Positions 42,296 to 51,938 of a DNA stretch of 64,000 nt are shown piece by piece. The DNA is taken from assembly GCA_963810095.1 (NCBI GenBank), contig CAWEMM010000014.1, positions 1 through 64,000 on the forward strand, given 5' to 3'. Under the pieces are notes generated by a model that saw only the letters and a program-made list of their open reading frames with translations, made no database searches and was not told the origin of the DNA. Each line of letters starts with the position of its first letter. Positions within the stretch are counted from its first letter, which is position 1. Source of the DNA: an uncultured Chloroflexia bacterium (GTDB lineage: Bacteria > Chloroflexota > Anaerolineae > CG2-30-64-16). The position numbers and the translations under genes are program-made.

Positions 42296-43517
42296 ATGTA
42301 CGCACCGCGCACTCTTGAACCCACGATCCGAACGGTCACCGGGCAATTTCCGGTCGTACTGCTCACGGGTGCAAGGCAGGTCGGCAAGACCACGCTTCTG
42401 AGACATCTCAGTGAGGGCGCCCGCAACTTCGTCACGCTGGACGACCCTCTCGTCCTGAGCCTGGCGCGAACGGATCCGGCCCTCTTTATGCAGCGGTTTT
42501 CGCCGCCCGTGCTGATCGACGAAATCCAACACGCGCCCGGGCTCCTACCTTACATCAAGATGGCGGTCGATCAGAGCGAAGCGCCGGGCGCGTTCTGGCT
42601 CACCGGCTCACAGCAGTTTCATCTCATGCGCGGCATCTCGGAGTCGCTGGCAGGTCGCGTGGCAATCCTGCAACTGCTCCCGCTCTCGCGGCAAGAACTC
42701 GCGGGAGAAGGCCTGACGGCGGCTCCGTTTCTGCCCATGCGACAGGACGCTGCGCGGGCGGGAAACCGCACGGGGGCCGGCCTGCTCGACCTGTACGAAA
42801 TCATCTGGCGCGGCGGCTTGCCGCGCCTCGCGCTAAACCGCGACATTGCGCCCGACCTTTTTTACAGTTCTTACGTTCAGACCTATCTCCAGCGCGACGT
42901 TCGTGACCTGGCGCGCGTGGGCGACGAGCTTGTGTTCCTCCGCTTTCTGCGAGCGGCGGCGGCTCGCACGGCGCAGTTGCTCAACCTCACCGACCTGGCG
43001 CGGCGACGCGGACGTTTCGCCGAATACGGCCAGAAGCTGGTTGTCCATCCTCCAGGCATCGGGGGTCGTCCACCTGCTAGAGCCGTACTACAATAACGTG
43101 ACACAGCGGCTGGTCAAGACGCCCAAGCTCTACTTCCTCGACACAGGGCTGGTCGGCTATCTGACACAGTGGGCGACGGCGCAGACGCTGGAGGCCGGCG
43201 CGATGTCAGGGCCCATCTTCGAAACATGGGTGATGGCTGAGTTGCTCAAGAGCTACCTTCACAACGGCTTAACCCCACCTTTTTACTTCTACCGGGACAA
43301 GGAGGGACGAGAGATCGACCTCCTCGTTATGCGGGACGGTGTCACCTATCCGGTGGAGATCAAGAAGACGGCTTCGCCGGGCCGGGAGGATGTCCGCCAC
43401 TTCGGGGCACTGGCGAAGGCGGGCTTGTCGATTGGTGCGGGAGGAGTCATCTGCCTCGCTGCTCAATCGCTGCCCCTGACGGCCACAGACCGGTCAATCC
43501 CTGTGTGGGAGATATAG
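42296..43517 (+). CDS. AAA_14 ATPase with DUF4143 (PD-(D/E)xK-like) C-terminus, frameshifted near 43003
   Basis: TGARQVGKTT, IDEIQ, LTGSQ, ESLAGR, TYLQRDV, KTPKLYFLDTGL and EIDL...PVEIK motifs. Confidence 0.9.
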
Positions 43518-43599
43518 TAACTTTGCCCCAGACGCGGCTGCGTCGGGCCGCCCACATGGACGGCCCGACGCAGCTTCATCCGCTCAGGGTGCGTCTCGC

Positions 43600-44853
43600 T
43601 TACGCCTGCACCGTCTCGGGCTCTTCCTCGGCCGGGAAGACCGGCAGGAACTTCGTCGCGACGGCAAACACTGCGATGCCAAAGGTGAACAGCGCCGCCG
43701 TCACCGCAATTTCGAAGATCGACGGGATGTAGACCGGGCCAGTGTAGCCGTACATGCCGAACATGTTGACGTTCAGCCGGTTCAGGATGCCGCCGAACAC
43801 GACCAGGCCCGCTACCGCAAAGAGCATGTTCTTGCTCTCCCGCACCCTCGGCCGCGACAGCAGGATTGCGGGCACCAGCGCGCACAGCCCTACCTCGATC
43901 CAGAACAAGACGGCCTGCAGGGTCGGCTCGGTCAGGCGCCACGCCTGTCCGCGCCACACCAGGTCGAGCAGCTTGGCGATCACGTAAACCGCCATCAGGA
44001 TCGAAGCCGCCTTTGCCAGCCGTGCCAGCAGGTCCTGCTCCAGCCCCCGCTTGAGCCCGCGTGAACTGAGGTTCGACTCGACCGCCACCATGCTCAGGCC
44101 CACGAATACTGCGGAGACCCAGAAGAAGATCGGCAGCAGCGGCGTGTACCACAGCGGGTCAAGCTTGCCGGGCGTAATCAGCCACATCGAGCCGAGCGAC
44201 GACTGATGCATGGTCGAGAGCAGGATGCCGATGATGACCAGCGGCAGCGTGATCTTGTGCGTGATGATCCAGGCCCGCCGCCAGCGCAGCCGCTCGAACA
44301 CGGCGGGCAGGAACTCCAGCGCCAGCACGGTCGTGTAGCACAGCACGCACATCGCCACTTCCCAGAGCACCGAGTGGATGTTGGGGAAGTAGACCGGGCG
44401 GGCCAACATGATGTTCTGCGGCCGCCCCACGTCGATTAGCAGCGCCACGATCAAGAGCGAGTAGCCCAGGAAGGCGGTCAGGATGGTCGAGCGCAGGATC
44501 GGCCGGTAGTGCTCGAGACCGAACACGTACACCAGGCCGGCCAGCACGAACGCACCGCCGCCCAGCATCGCGCCCGCCATGACGTCGAAGCCGATCCACA
44601 TACCGAGCGGAAACTGGTCCGACAGGTTCGTCACCGCGCCCAGGCCGTTGGTCAGGCGGAGGACAACCGCGATGGCCGCGACCGCCCAGAGGCAGAGCAC
44701 CAGGCCGACCATGGTGAAGAACTTCGGCGAGAAGTTCAGCTTCACGCCCGTCCAACGCTGCGCCAGGGTATAGCCGACGCCGGCAACGAGCAGCAGGGGC
44801 ACGCCAATGCGCAGGATGAACAGCGCAGCCAGCATAAGGAGATCTTGAAACAT
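43600..44853 (-). CDS. NrfD/HybB/HmcC-family quinone-interacting membrane subunit
   Basis: GLGAVTNLSDQFPLGMWIGFD, DVGRP, SVLWEVAMC, LSTMHQSSLG, LPIFF and LNRLNV motifs. Confidence 0.92.
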   Translation of the reverse strand: MFQDLLMLAALFILRIGVPLLLVAGVGYTLAQRWTGVKLNFSPKFFTMVGLVLCLWAVAAIAVVLRLTNGLGAVTNLSDQFPLGMWIGFDVMAGAMLGGGAFVLAGLVYVFGLEHYRPILRSTILTAFLGYSLLIVALLIDVGRPQNIMLARPVYFPNIHSVLWEVAMCVLCYTTVLALEFLPAVFERLRWRRAWIITHKITLPLVIIGILLSTMHQSSLGSMWLITPGKLDPLWYTPLLPIFFWVSAVFVGLSMVAVESNLSSRGLKRGLEQDLLARLAKAASILMAVYVIAKLLDLVWRGQAWRLTEPTLQAVLFWIEVGLCALVPAILLSRPRVRESKNMLFAVAGLVVFGGILNRLNVNMFGMYGYTGPVYIPSIFEIAVTAALFTFGIAVFAVATKFLPVFPAEEEPETVQA

Positions 44854-44867
44854 GGTTTGGCTCCTGT

Positions 44868-45815
44868 CTACTCGTGCTTCGACTCGGGCCCGTGGGCTCC
44901 CGGCTCGACTCCGTGTTCGCCGGTTCGCTCCCAGGGCGGCGTGTCGTCATGATGGCCGTTGCGCTTGCCGGTGACGATCGCGGATCCCGTCAGGACCACA
45001 GCCAGGCCGCCGACGACGAACGGCAGCTTGCTCATGATGTCCCAGGTATAGCCCGGCACTTCCCGGGTCGTTACGTCGGTGCGGAAGCCGAGCTGCTCGA
45101 ACGGAACGTCCGAGATGTACAGCATCGAGGTGCCGCCGGCTTCGTGCTCGCCAAAGACATGGTCCACGTACTTGCCGTTCCCGGCCGCGATGCGGGCCTT
45201 GGCTTCCTTGAGCAGCTCGTCGCGCGTGCCGAACTTCAGCGCGCCCGATGGGCAGTTGGAGGCGCAGGCGGGTCCCTGGCCCTCGCGCTGGCGCTCGATG
45301 CAGAACATGCACTTGCGAATCTCGGGTGTCAGGCCGTCGTCCCACTGGAAGGTTGGGACATTGAACGGGCAGCTGGACATGCAGTAACGGCAGCCCAGGC
45401 AGCGGTCGGCCCGGTACGCGATCGGCCCTTCCTTCGTCTGGTGGAGCGCCGACACCGGGCACGCCGACGCACAGGCGGCGTCGAGGCAGTGCATGCACTG
45501 GCGCTTCACAAAGCGCGTCTCGCCGTTTTCGAGATCCACCTTCTGCAGGAAGGTAAAGTTCTCCGCCTGCAGCTTGCCCATGTTCTCCGTGGTCGGGTGC
45601 AGGTTGTTCGCCTCAATGCACGAGCGCTGGCAGTTGCCGCACCCGATGCACCGGCTGATGTCGATCAGCATCGAGGGCACGCCGGCCGGATTGACACCGG
45701 AAGAAGCCCCGGGTGCGGCCAGTGCGGGCTTCGCCGCATTGGCCACGACTGCTGCACCGCCGAGGGCCGCTGCCGACAATTTCAGGAACTGGCGGCGGGA
45801 TACCTGGGCGGTCAT
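44868..45815 (-). CDS. Tat-exported 4x[4Fe-4S] ferredoxin-like subunit (HybA/HmcB-like)
   Basis: SRRQFLK Tat motif; CIGCGNCQRSC, CMHCLDAACASACP, CLGCRYCMSSCP and CMFC...CASNCP; C-terminal TM. Confidence 0.93.
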   Translation of the reverse strand: MTAQVSRRQFLKLSAAALGGAAVVANAAKPALAAPGASSGVNPAGVPSMLIDISRCIGCGNCQRSCIEANNLHPTTENMGKLQAENFTFLQKVDLENGETRFVKRQCMHCLDAACASACPVSALHQTKEGPIAYRADRCLGCRYCMSSCPFNVPTFQWDDGLTPEIRKCMFCIERQREGQGPACASNCPSGALKFGTRDELLKEAKARIAAGNGKYVDHVFGEHEAGGTSMLYISDVPFEQLGFRTDVTTREVPGYTWDIMSKLPFVVGGLAVVLTGSAIVTGKRNGHHDDTPPWERTGEHGVEPGAHGPESKHE

Positions 45816-46714
45816 TGCGCTTTCCTCCGGTTCACGAGCGCCATGGCGCCCACGCCGATGATCAAGCCGAATACTGCACCCAGCCCCATCATCAGGCCCA
45901 TGCTGACGACCGCTACATTGCGCAGGTCGGTAATGCGCTGCTGATCCGCGTTCACCTGGGCTTCGAGCTCGGCGATGCGCTGCGTCTGCGCGGCCACCTG
46001 CTGCACGGTCTGCTCGGCCTTCGAGCTCACCTGCTCGGCCTTAGCACTGTTCTCGGTGTGAATGCTGCCGCTGTGGCACCCCGCGCACACGTCGGAGGCA
46101 ACCAGGAAGCTGTGGTTGCTCATCGAGGTCATCCCGGAGGCGTCGGCGGTTCCCACCTTCTCAGGCTTCATGTGGCAGGACACGCAGTCGATGCCGCTGA
46201 TGCCGTGGACCTCGTGGCTGAGCTTGGTCTGCTCGTCGGTGTGGCAAGCCGAGCAGAGCTTTTCGGCCGGTTCGAGCCGCAGGCCCTGGCTGTGCGCCAC
46301 GTGGCAGTCGAAGCAGTCGACGTTCTTGCTGCCGTGCTTGCTGGCTTCCCACTTGGTGAAGATCTCGCCGTGGCAGGTGCGGCAGGTCTTGGATTCCATG
46401 GGGAGCGTCATCGTCTCGCCCGCCGGATGGCCCTGCTTGTACTCGCCGTGGCACGACTCGCACGTAGCGCCCGCCTTGGCATGCGTGCTGGCTTCCCAGG
46501 CGGTGCTTTCGACCGCATGGCAGCCCTTGCAGATGGGCGCCTGGTCCTGCTGGCCCACGCTGGCGGCAGTGGCGCCGGCCGGCGCTGCAGGCGGCGCTGC
46601 GTTAGCGGGCGCGGCCACGGCGGTGAGCACCAGGACCAGCGCCAGGATGGCTGCTACGGGGGCCAGGACAAGCCAGTCCCGTTTCGACATAAGTGCCGAC
46701 AAATGCCGGTTCAT
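45812..46714 (-). CDS. Heptaheme cytochrome c with C-terminal coiled coil and membrane anchor
   Basis: Signal peptide; 7 CxxCH motifs (CKGCH, CESCH, CRTCH, CFDCH, CSACH, CVSCH, CAGCH). Confidence 0.92.
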   Translation of the reverse strand: MNRHLSALMSKRDWLVLAPVAAILALVLVLTAVAAPANAAPPAAPAGATAASVGQQDQAPICKGCHAVESTAWEASTHAKAGATCESCHGEYKQGHPAGETMTLPMESKTCRTCHGEIFTKWEASKHGSKNVDCFDCHVAHSQGLRLEPAEKLCSACHTDEQTKLSHEVHGISGIDCVSCHMKPEKVGTADASGMTSMSNHSFLVASDVCAGCHSGSIHTENSAKAEQVSSKAEQTVQQVAAQTQRIAELEAQVNADQQRITDLRNVAVVSMGLMMGLGAVFGLIIGVGAMALVNRRKAQ

Positions 46715-46738
46715 GAGTGGTCTCCTCCTTGAGATGGA

Positions 46739-47242
46739 CTACATCGATGGGTAGCGCTGGAAGACGTCACAGGTGACGCACTCCTCAGGAACGTGACCCT
46801 CGGCATTGAAACGGGCTTGCCAGCAGGGCTGATCCGGGTGGGACGGCGCCGCGCACTTGGCCTTCTTGTTCTCACTGCAGCCCTTCTCGTCCCAGCATTG
46901 CTTGCCTGCGGCCGACAGGCCCGCGGAGGCGGCTACACCTGCCTGTGCATACAGGCCGGGGCGCTGTTCCTTGGAGGCCGGCTGCGGCGGGATGAAGGGG
47001 AGCGGCTGCGGCGTGACAGGCTGCTTGCCCGGGCGGCGGCTCGGGACGGCCGGCTGGGGCGCTTCCGGCTGAACGGCCGGCTGCTCGGAGGCTACCTTCG
47101 CCTGGTAGGCACGAGCCTCGGCCTCCCAGCGGGCGTCCAGCCGCTTGAGCAGATAACCTACGCCCAAGACAACCAGTGCAGGGACACCGATCCGCAGGAA
47201 CAGCATTCCGATGAAAACAGCGACGTCAGTGAAGTCGATCAT
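46739..47242 (-). CDS. Membrane-anchored protein with an LRIGVP helix and a C-terminal six-Cys (two-CW-like) domain
   Basis: GAGGAGG SD; FLRIGVPALVVLGVGYLLKRLDARW; CWDEKGC...C...PCW...CVTC. Confidence 0.8.
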   Translation of the reverse strand: MIDFTDVAVFIGMLFLRIGVPALVVLGVGYLLKRLDARWEAEARAYQAKVASEQPAVQPEAPQPAVPSRRPGKQPVTPQPLPFIPPQPASKEQRPGLYAQAGVAASAGLSAAGKQCWDEKGCSENKKAKCAAPSHPDQPCWQARFNAEGHVPEECVTCDVFQRYPSM

Positions 47243-47283
47243 AGGGTCCTCCTCTTTGATCTGCGACGAAGGGAACGGTGATC

Positions 47284-47394
47284 CTAAATCCGGTGGGCAT
47301 CCCAGCGGCGCAAGCCTGCGCTTGCCAGCGCCAGTAACCCGAGTGGAACGGCTAATCGGATGAGGATGCCGAGCGTCATTGCCAGACTTTCCAT
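47284..47394 (-). CDS. 36-aa single-TM small protein with an IRLAVP helix
   Basis: GAGGAGG SD before ATG 47394; MESLAMTLGILIRLAVPLGLLALASAGLRRWDAHRI resembles the N-terminus of the next gene. Confidence 0.7.
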   Translation of the reverse strand: MESLAMTLGILIRLAVPLGLLALASAGLRRWDAHRI

Positions 47395-47640
47395 AGATGC
47401 CTCCTCGAGCGTCGGTTGTCGGGGTGAGCCCTTGAACCCATACGCTCCCATCTGGCTACAGCTTACTACTTCGGAGCGTGCGGAATAAATCGGGTAGAGC
47501 ACCCATCTTTGGGGTAGGGTGAATGTCCCATGGTTGGGTGGGTGAGGAGCGTCGGGGCCTTTGCCGCGGGTGCGGAAGTCGGGATATAATCGCGTTACGT
47601 GCCCGCCCCACCCGACTCCATACGTTAGGAGAAGCCAACT

Positions 47641-48655
47641 ATGCCCCCTCGTGCCACCGACCGGAGAATCCCCTGGTACCGGTCGCCCGTCCCGCGCGAC
47701 GTCCTGCCCGCTGCTAAACCAGCGCAGCGATTGGAAGGGCTTGCAGCAGAGCCTGGGCCATCTTGGCCTGCTCGTGCTGACCGGGGCTGCGACCTGGTTC
47801 GCCGCGTTTAACCTGCCCCTGATCGTGTTCCTGGGTCTCCTGTACGTGCACGGCGCATGTTGGGCGTTTCTGCTGAACGGCTTCCACGAGTTGTGTCACA
47901 AGACCGTCTTCAAGACCAAGGCGTTCAATACCCTGTTTCTCGACGTCGTCAGCTTCCTGAGCTGGTACAACCCGGTCTTATTCTGGGCCAGCCACCAGGA
48001 GCACCACAAATACACGCTGCATCCGCCCGACGATCTCGAGGTCGTCTTGCCCGCAGCGCTGACGGTCCAGGACTTCTTGAAGGTTGCGGTGGTCAATCCG
48101 TGGGACTTCTTGACGCGGCTTAAAGGGTACGTGCGGTTGAGCCTGGGGAAGCTGGAAGGGGAGTGGGAGAACGCGCTGTTCCCCCCGACCGCTGTGGCAG
48201 AGCGCCGTGCATTGTTCCGGTGGGCCCGGCTGCACCTGCTTGGTCATGCGGTGATCGTGGCGGTCTCGCTCTATTTCGGCCTGTGGCTCGTGCCGGTCCT
48301 CATCACCTTGGCCCCGTTCTACGGGGGCGGCCTGCAGTGGCTCTGCAACAACGCGCAGCACACGGGGCTGATGGATAGGGTCTCGGACTATCGGCTGTGC
48401 TGCCGCACCGTCCTTCTTAACCCGTTTCTGCGGTTTCTGTACTGGAACATGAACTATCACACCGAGCATCACATGTACGCCGCGGTGCCGTGCTACAACC
48501 TGGGGAAGCTGCACGAGCAAATCGCGGCCGATCTGCCGCATTGTCCGTCGGGCCTGGTGGAGACGTGGCGGGGAATCATTGCCATTTTGAGGCGGCAGAG
48601 GGTTGAGCCGGGGTACCAGTACACGGCGGAGCTGCCGCCCCGCGCCGCGGTGTGA
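47641..48655 (+). CDS. Fatty acid desaturase-family di-iron membrane enzyme (MocD-like), N-terminal frameshift
   Basis: His boxes HELCH, HQEHH and NYHTEHH; GGAG SD before ATG 47641. Confidence 0.85.
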
Positions 48656-48714
48656 ACGACGGCGACTAGCTCTTGGCGAGGGCGAGCCCCTGTTCGAGGC
48701 TGCTTCTTCTGTTC

Positions 48715-49033
48715 TTTGGCGAGGGCCGGCCGGCCCCCGCCGCCCCCGCCTCAGGGGCTGCGCCCCCGAGACCCCCAAAGGCTACGCTCCTGACGGTGCT
48801 CACTACAGGGATCGAGCGGGCCTGCTGAACAAAGGGTACTTTGTGGAAGATGCGCCCCACAGAACTTGGTCTTCCCCGAGCCCGTGGCTGGCGGACCGCA
48901 CCGGTCAGGGGGCCCCAGGCCGGCAGCTTGCGGACGCATCATCCCCCCGACTCAATTTGGGGTTCAAAGGGGCTGCCGCCGCAGCGGGTTCCCCCTGTCG
49001 GGGGCTGTTGGGGGCCGGATGGCCCCCAACAAA
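48715..49033. mobile_element. Putative MITE-like non-coding element with imperfect GC-rich terminal inverted repeats
   Basis: Left end tttggcgagggccggccggcccccgccgcccccgcctcagggg resembles the reverse complement of the right end, tttgttgggggccatccggccccaacagcccccgacagggg. Confidence 0.45.
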
Positions 49034-49082
49034 TAGACTTGAGTAGCTTACCCGTGTCCCGACGGCCCACAAGAAAGAAAAG

Positions 49083-49745
49083 CTATCTGATCTCGATCAA
49101 GCCCTTCTCGATCGCGTAACGGACCAACTCGACCCGGCTGTGCAGGTTGAGCTTCGCCATAATATTCTCGCGATGGCGGTTCACCGTCTTGACGCTGATC
49201 ACCAACGCGTCCGCGATCTCCTGGTTGCTCTGACCTTCTGCGATCAGCGCCAGCACCTCGCGCTCGCGCTCCGTGAGTTCCTCGAGTCCCTGGCGCACGG
49301 CTCCGCCGGGCTGCTCGCGTCGATGCAGGTAGTCCTGCACCAGCGTTCTTGCAAGTGACGGGAACAGGAACATGCCGCCCCCGCGCACTGCGTGAATCGC
49401 GCTCATCAGGTCGTTCGGCGCGGCCCGCTTCGGCACGTACCCGGACGCGCCCGCCCCCAGCATCTCGAAGAAGTATTGGTCGTCTTCGTGCATGGTCAGC
49501 GCGAGCACGGCGATCTCCGGATGCTCCGCCTTGATGCGCCGGGTGGCCTCGATCCCGTTCATGTCCGGCATCGAGATGTCCATCAGGATCACGTCCGGCC
49601 GGAGTTCCTCGGCCAGGCGGATGCCCTCCGCGCCGGTTTCGGCCTCCCCGATGATCTCCAGCTCGGGATCGGCCCCCAGGAGCATCTTGAGTCCCCCTCG
49701 GATCACCGCGTGGTCGTCGACCAGCAGGATGCGTGTGTGCGCCAT
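49083..49745 (-). CDS. NarL/LuxR-family response regulator
   Basis: LVDDH, MDISMP, GYVPK and HTH LTEREREVL...GQSNQEIA...SVKTVNRHRENIMAKL. Confidence 0.95.
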   Translation of the reverse strand: MAHTRILLVDDHAVIRGGLKMLLGADPELEIIGEAETGAEGIRLAEELRPDVILMDISMPDMNGIEATRRIKAEHPEIAVLALTMHEDDQYFFEMLGAGASGYVPKRAAPNDLMSAIHAVRGGGMFLFPSLARTLVQDYLHRREQPGGAVRQGLEELTEREREVLALIAEGQSNQEIADALVISVKTVNRHRENIMAKLNLHSRVELVRYAIEKGLIEIR

Positions 49746-49763
49746 CAGCCTATCTCGCTCTGC

Positions 49764-51810
49764 TCATGTGATCGGCAGCTCCACCGTGATGCAGGTGCCT
49801 TCTCCTGGCGCGGAGTCAATCGCCAGTCGCCCTTCTACCAACCCGACCCGCTCGCGCATGCCCGGCAGCCCCAGCCCCGACCCCGGGCGCATGGCGCGGC
49901 GGCTGCTTGGGGTCAAAGCCCACGCCGTTGTCTTCGATGCGCAAGCGGACGCCCTCGCCGTTTTGAGAGAGCCGCAAGCACACCCGAGTGGCCTGCGAGT
50001 GCCGCTGCACGTTGGTGAGCGCCTCCTGGGTCACCCGGAAAAGCACGGTTTCGTGCTCCGGCGGCAGGCGGTTGGGCAGCTTTTCGACCTCCAGTTGAAC
50101 GTCGACCTGGGGGTTGGCCGCCAGGTACTGCTTGACGTACCAGCGCAGCGCGGGCACGAGGCCCAGGTCGTCGAGTTGGGCCGGTCGCAGGTTCGCCATG
50201 ATATTGCGCAGCTCGCTGATCGCTTGGTCGCTCATGCTGCGTAAGCTGCGCAGCAGCGCAGCGGCGCGTGCCTCGTCGTCTGCGTCCAGCGCGGATTGGA
50301 GCGCAGCCAGGCCCATGCCCAGCGCGGTCAGCTTCTGGCCCGTGTCGTCGTGCAACTCGCGCGCGATCCGCCGGCGTTCGTCCTCCTGCGCGTGGACCAG
50401 CTTGCGCACAAGATCTTCGAGCTGCGCCTCGCGCTCCTGCACCACCTGGTACAGCCGCACGTTGTCCATGGCCGTGGCAAACTGCTGCGCAAACGCAGTC
50501 AGCAGCCGGAGCTCATCCTCACCCAGCGGCTCTTCCTCGCTGGCCGACGAGAGCGCCAACGCACCGAAAGTTTGGTCCTTCACCCGCAGCGGGACGCCCA
50601 GCGAGCGGTATCCTTTCGCCCCTCCAAAGCTCTCCGGTCCGAGGACGACGACCTTGCCGTCCAGGCCTGCCCCGGTCGGCCCGGAAACTTCGGCTGCGCG
50701 CACGCTCAACTCGGTGACGGGTGGGGGCAGAGTCGGCACGGGGGTCTGCGGCCGGCGGTAGGCCCGCAATAACTCGTACCCGCCGTCGGGCCGGCGCAGG
50801 AATGCCACCGCGCAGCATGCCTTTTCGAAGCTGTGTACCACCTGTCGGAGCGCGTCGCCCGCCACCTCGCCGAAGTTGAGCGTCGACGAAAGGATACGGG
50901 ACATGTCGACCAGCGCCGCGAGTTCGCCCGCGGTGAGCTGGAGTTCCAGGTTCAACGCTTCGACCTCGTCGGCCCGCCGCTGCTGCGCCTCGAGAGCCGC
51001 GGCTTGCGCTTCGATACGCGCCTTGTTTGCGCGTGCCAACCGGATCCGCCCTTCGGCCTCGAATGCGCGCAGGGCCTTGCCGAGGTGGAAGGCAATCCCC
51101 GCGGCGGCGGCGGCGCGCACGATTTGGATGGGGAAGCTGAACGTGCGCAGGAAGAACGCGGAGTTGAGGGTTTGGGACGGCCAGACCAGGCTGGCCTTGA
51201 CGAACGTCTGCCCGATGACGCCGTACACCGCAAATGCCAGGCCGGCCCACAGTAGCGAGCCGCCGTACTGGCTCATGCCGCGGGCGTGGAAGTCGCGGCG
51301 CTCGCGCAGCAGGGCCCAGGCCGCCAGCAGCGCGCCCGGAATGGCGAGGCTGTAGCGGGCCAGCACGTCGCCGGCCGCGAACAACTGGCCGATGCCCGGG
51401 CGGTAGCGCCAGGCGACGTAGGCGAGCGCGATCGCCCAGAGCAGGGTCATCGCGGCCACCTGCACCGCACTGGCGCGCGGCCGGCGTTCCGCGCCCGGCA
51501 GCAGCCGGGTGCCAAACAGCAGCAGGCAGACGAACGACGCGACAAGCGTGCCGAGCCGGATGACGTCGACGACGAGCCCGGGGACATAGTCGACGTTGGC
51601 GGCCGCAAAAAGCTGGAACATCTCGAACCACTCGTGCGCGCCGTGAAGGAGCCCGAACAATGCCAGGGGCACGAGGGCGCGTGCGAAGCGGAATTCCGAG
51701 GCCCGTCCCGATTCCAGGAGGACGACCAGTCCCAGCCCGACGAATGCCAGTCCGTAGAAGAAATAGACAAACACCAGGTTGTCGGTGAAGAACTTCGCGA
51801 CGACATCCAT
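49764..51810 (-). CDS. Sensor histidine kinase (multi-TM sensor + GAF + HisKA_3), C-terminal frameshift
   Basis: About 6-7 TM helices with FGLLHGAHEW, a GAF segment, ERRRIARELHD, QEALTNVQRHS, DNGVGF and GLGLPGMRER. Confidence 0.92.
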
Positions 51811-51938
51811 AGCGTGTATTATAGCACAAAGATCGTCGCTGTTTCTCGGCGTCGACATTCTTCATCTCGCCGGCCAGGCTTATTCATACTCGCTTAATCT
51901 CCGACAATTATCTTCTGTCTCGACGCTCAGGAGCCCCC

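Noticed and set aside
43600-45815. Hydrogenase-2 (hybAB) operon
   Set aside because: No NiFe large or small subunit or maturation genes are nearby; only the electron-transfer module is present.
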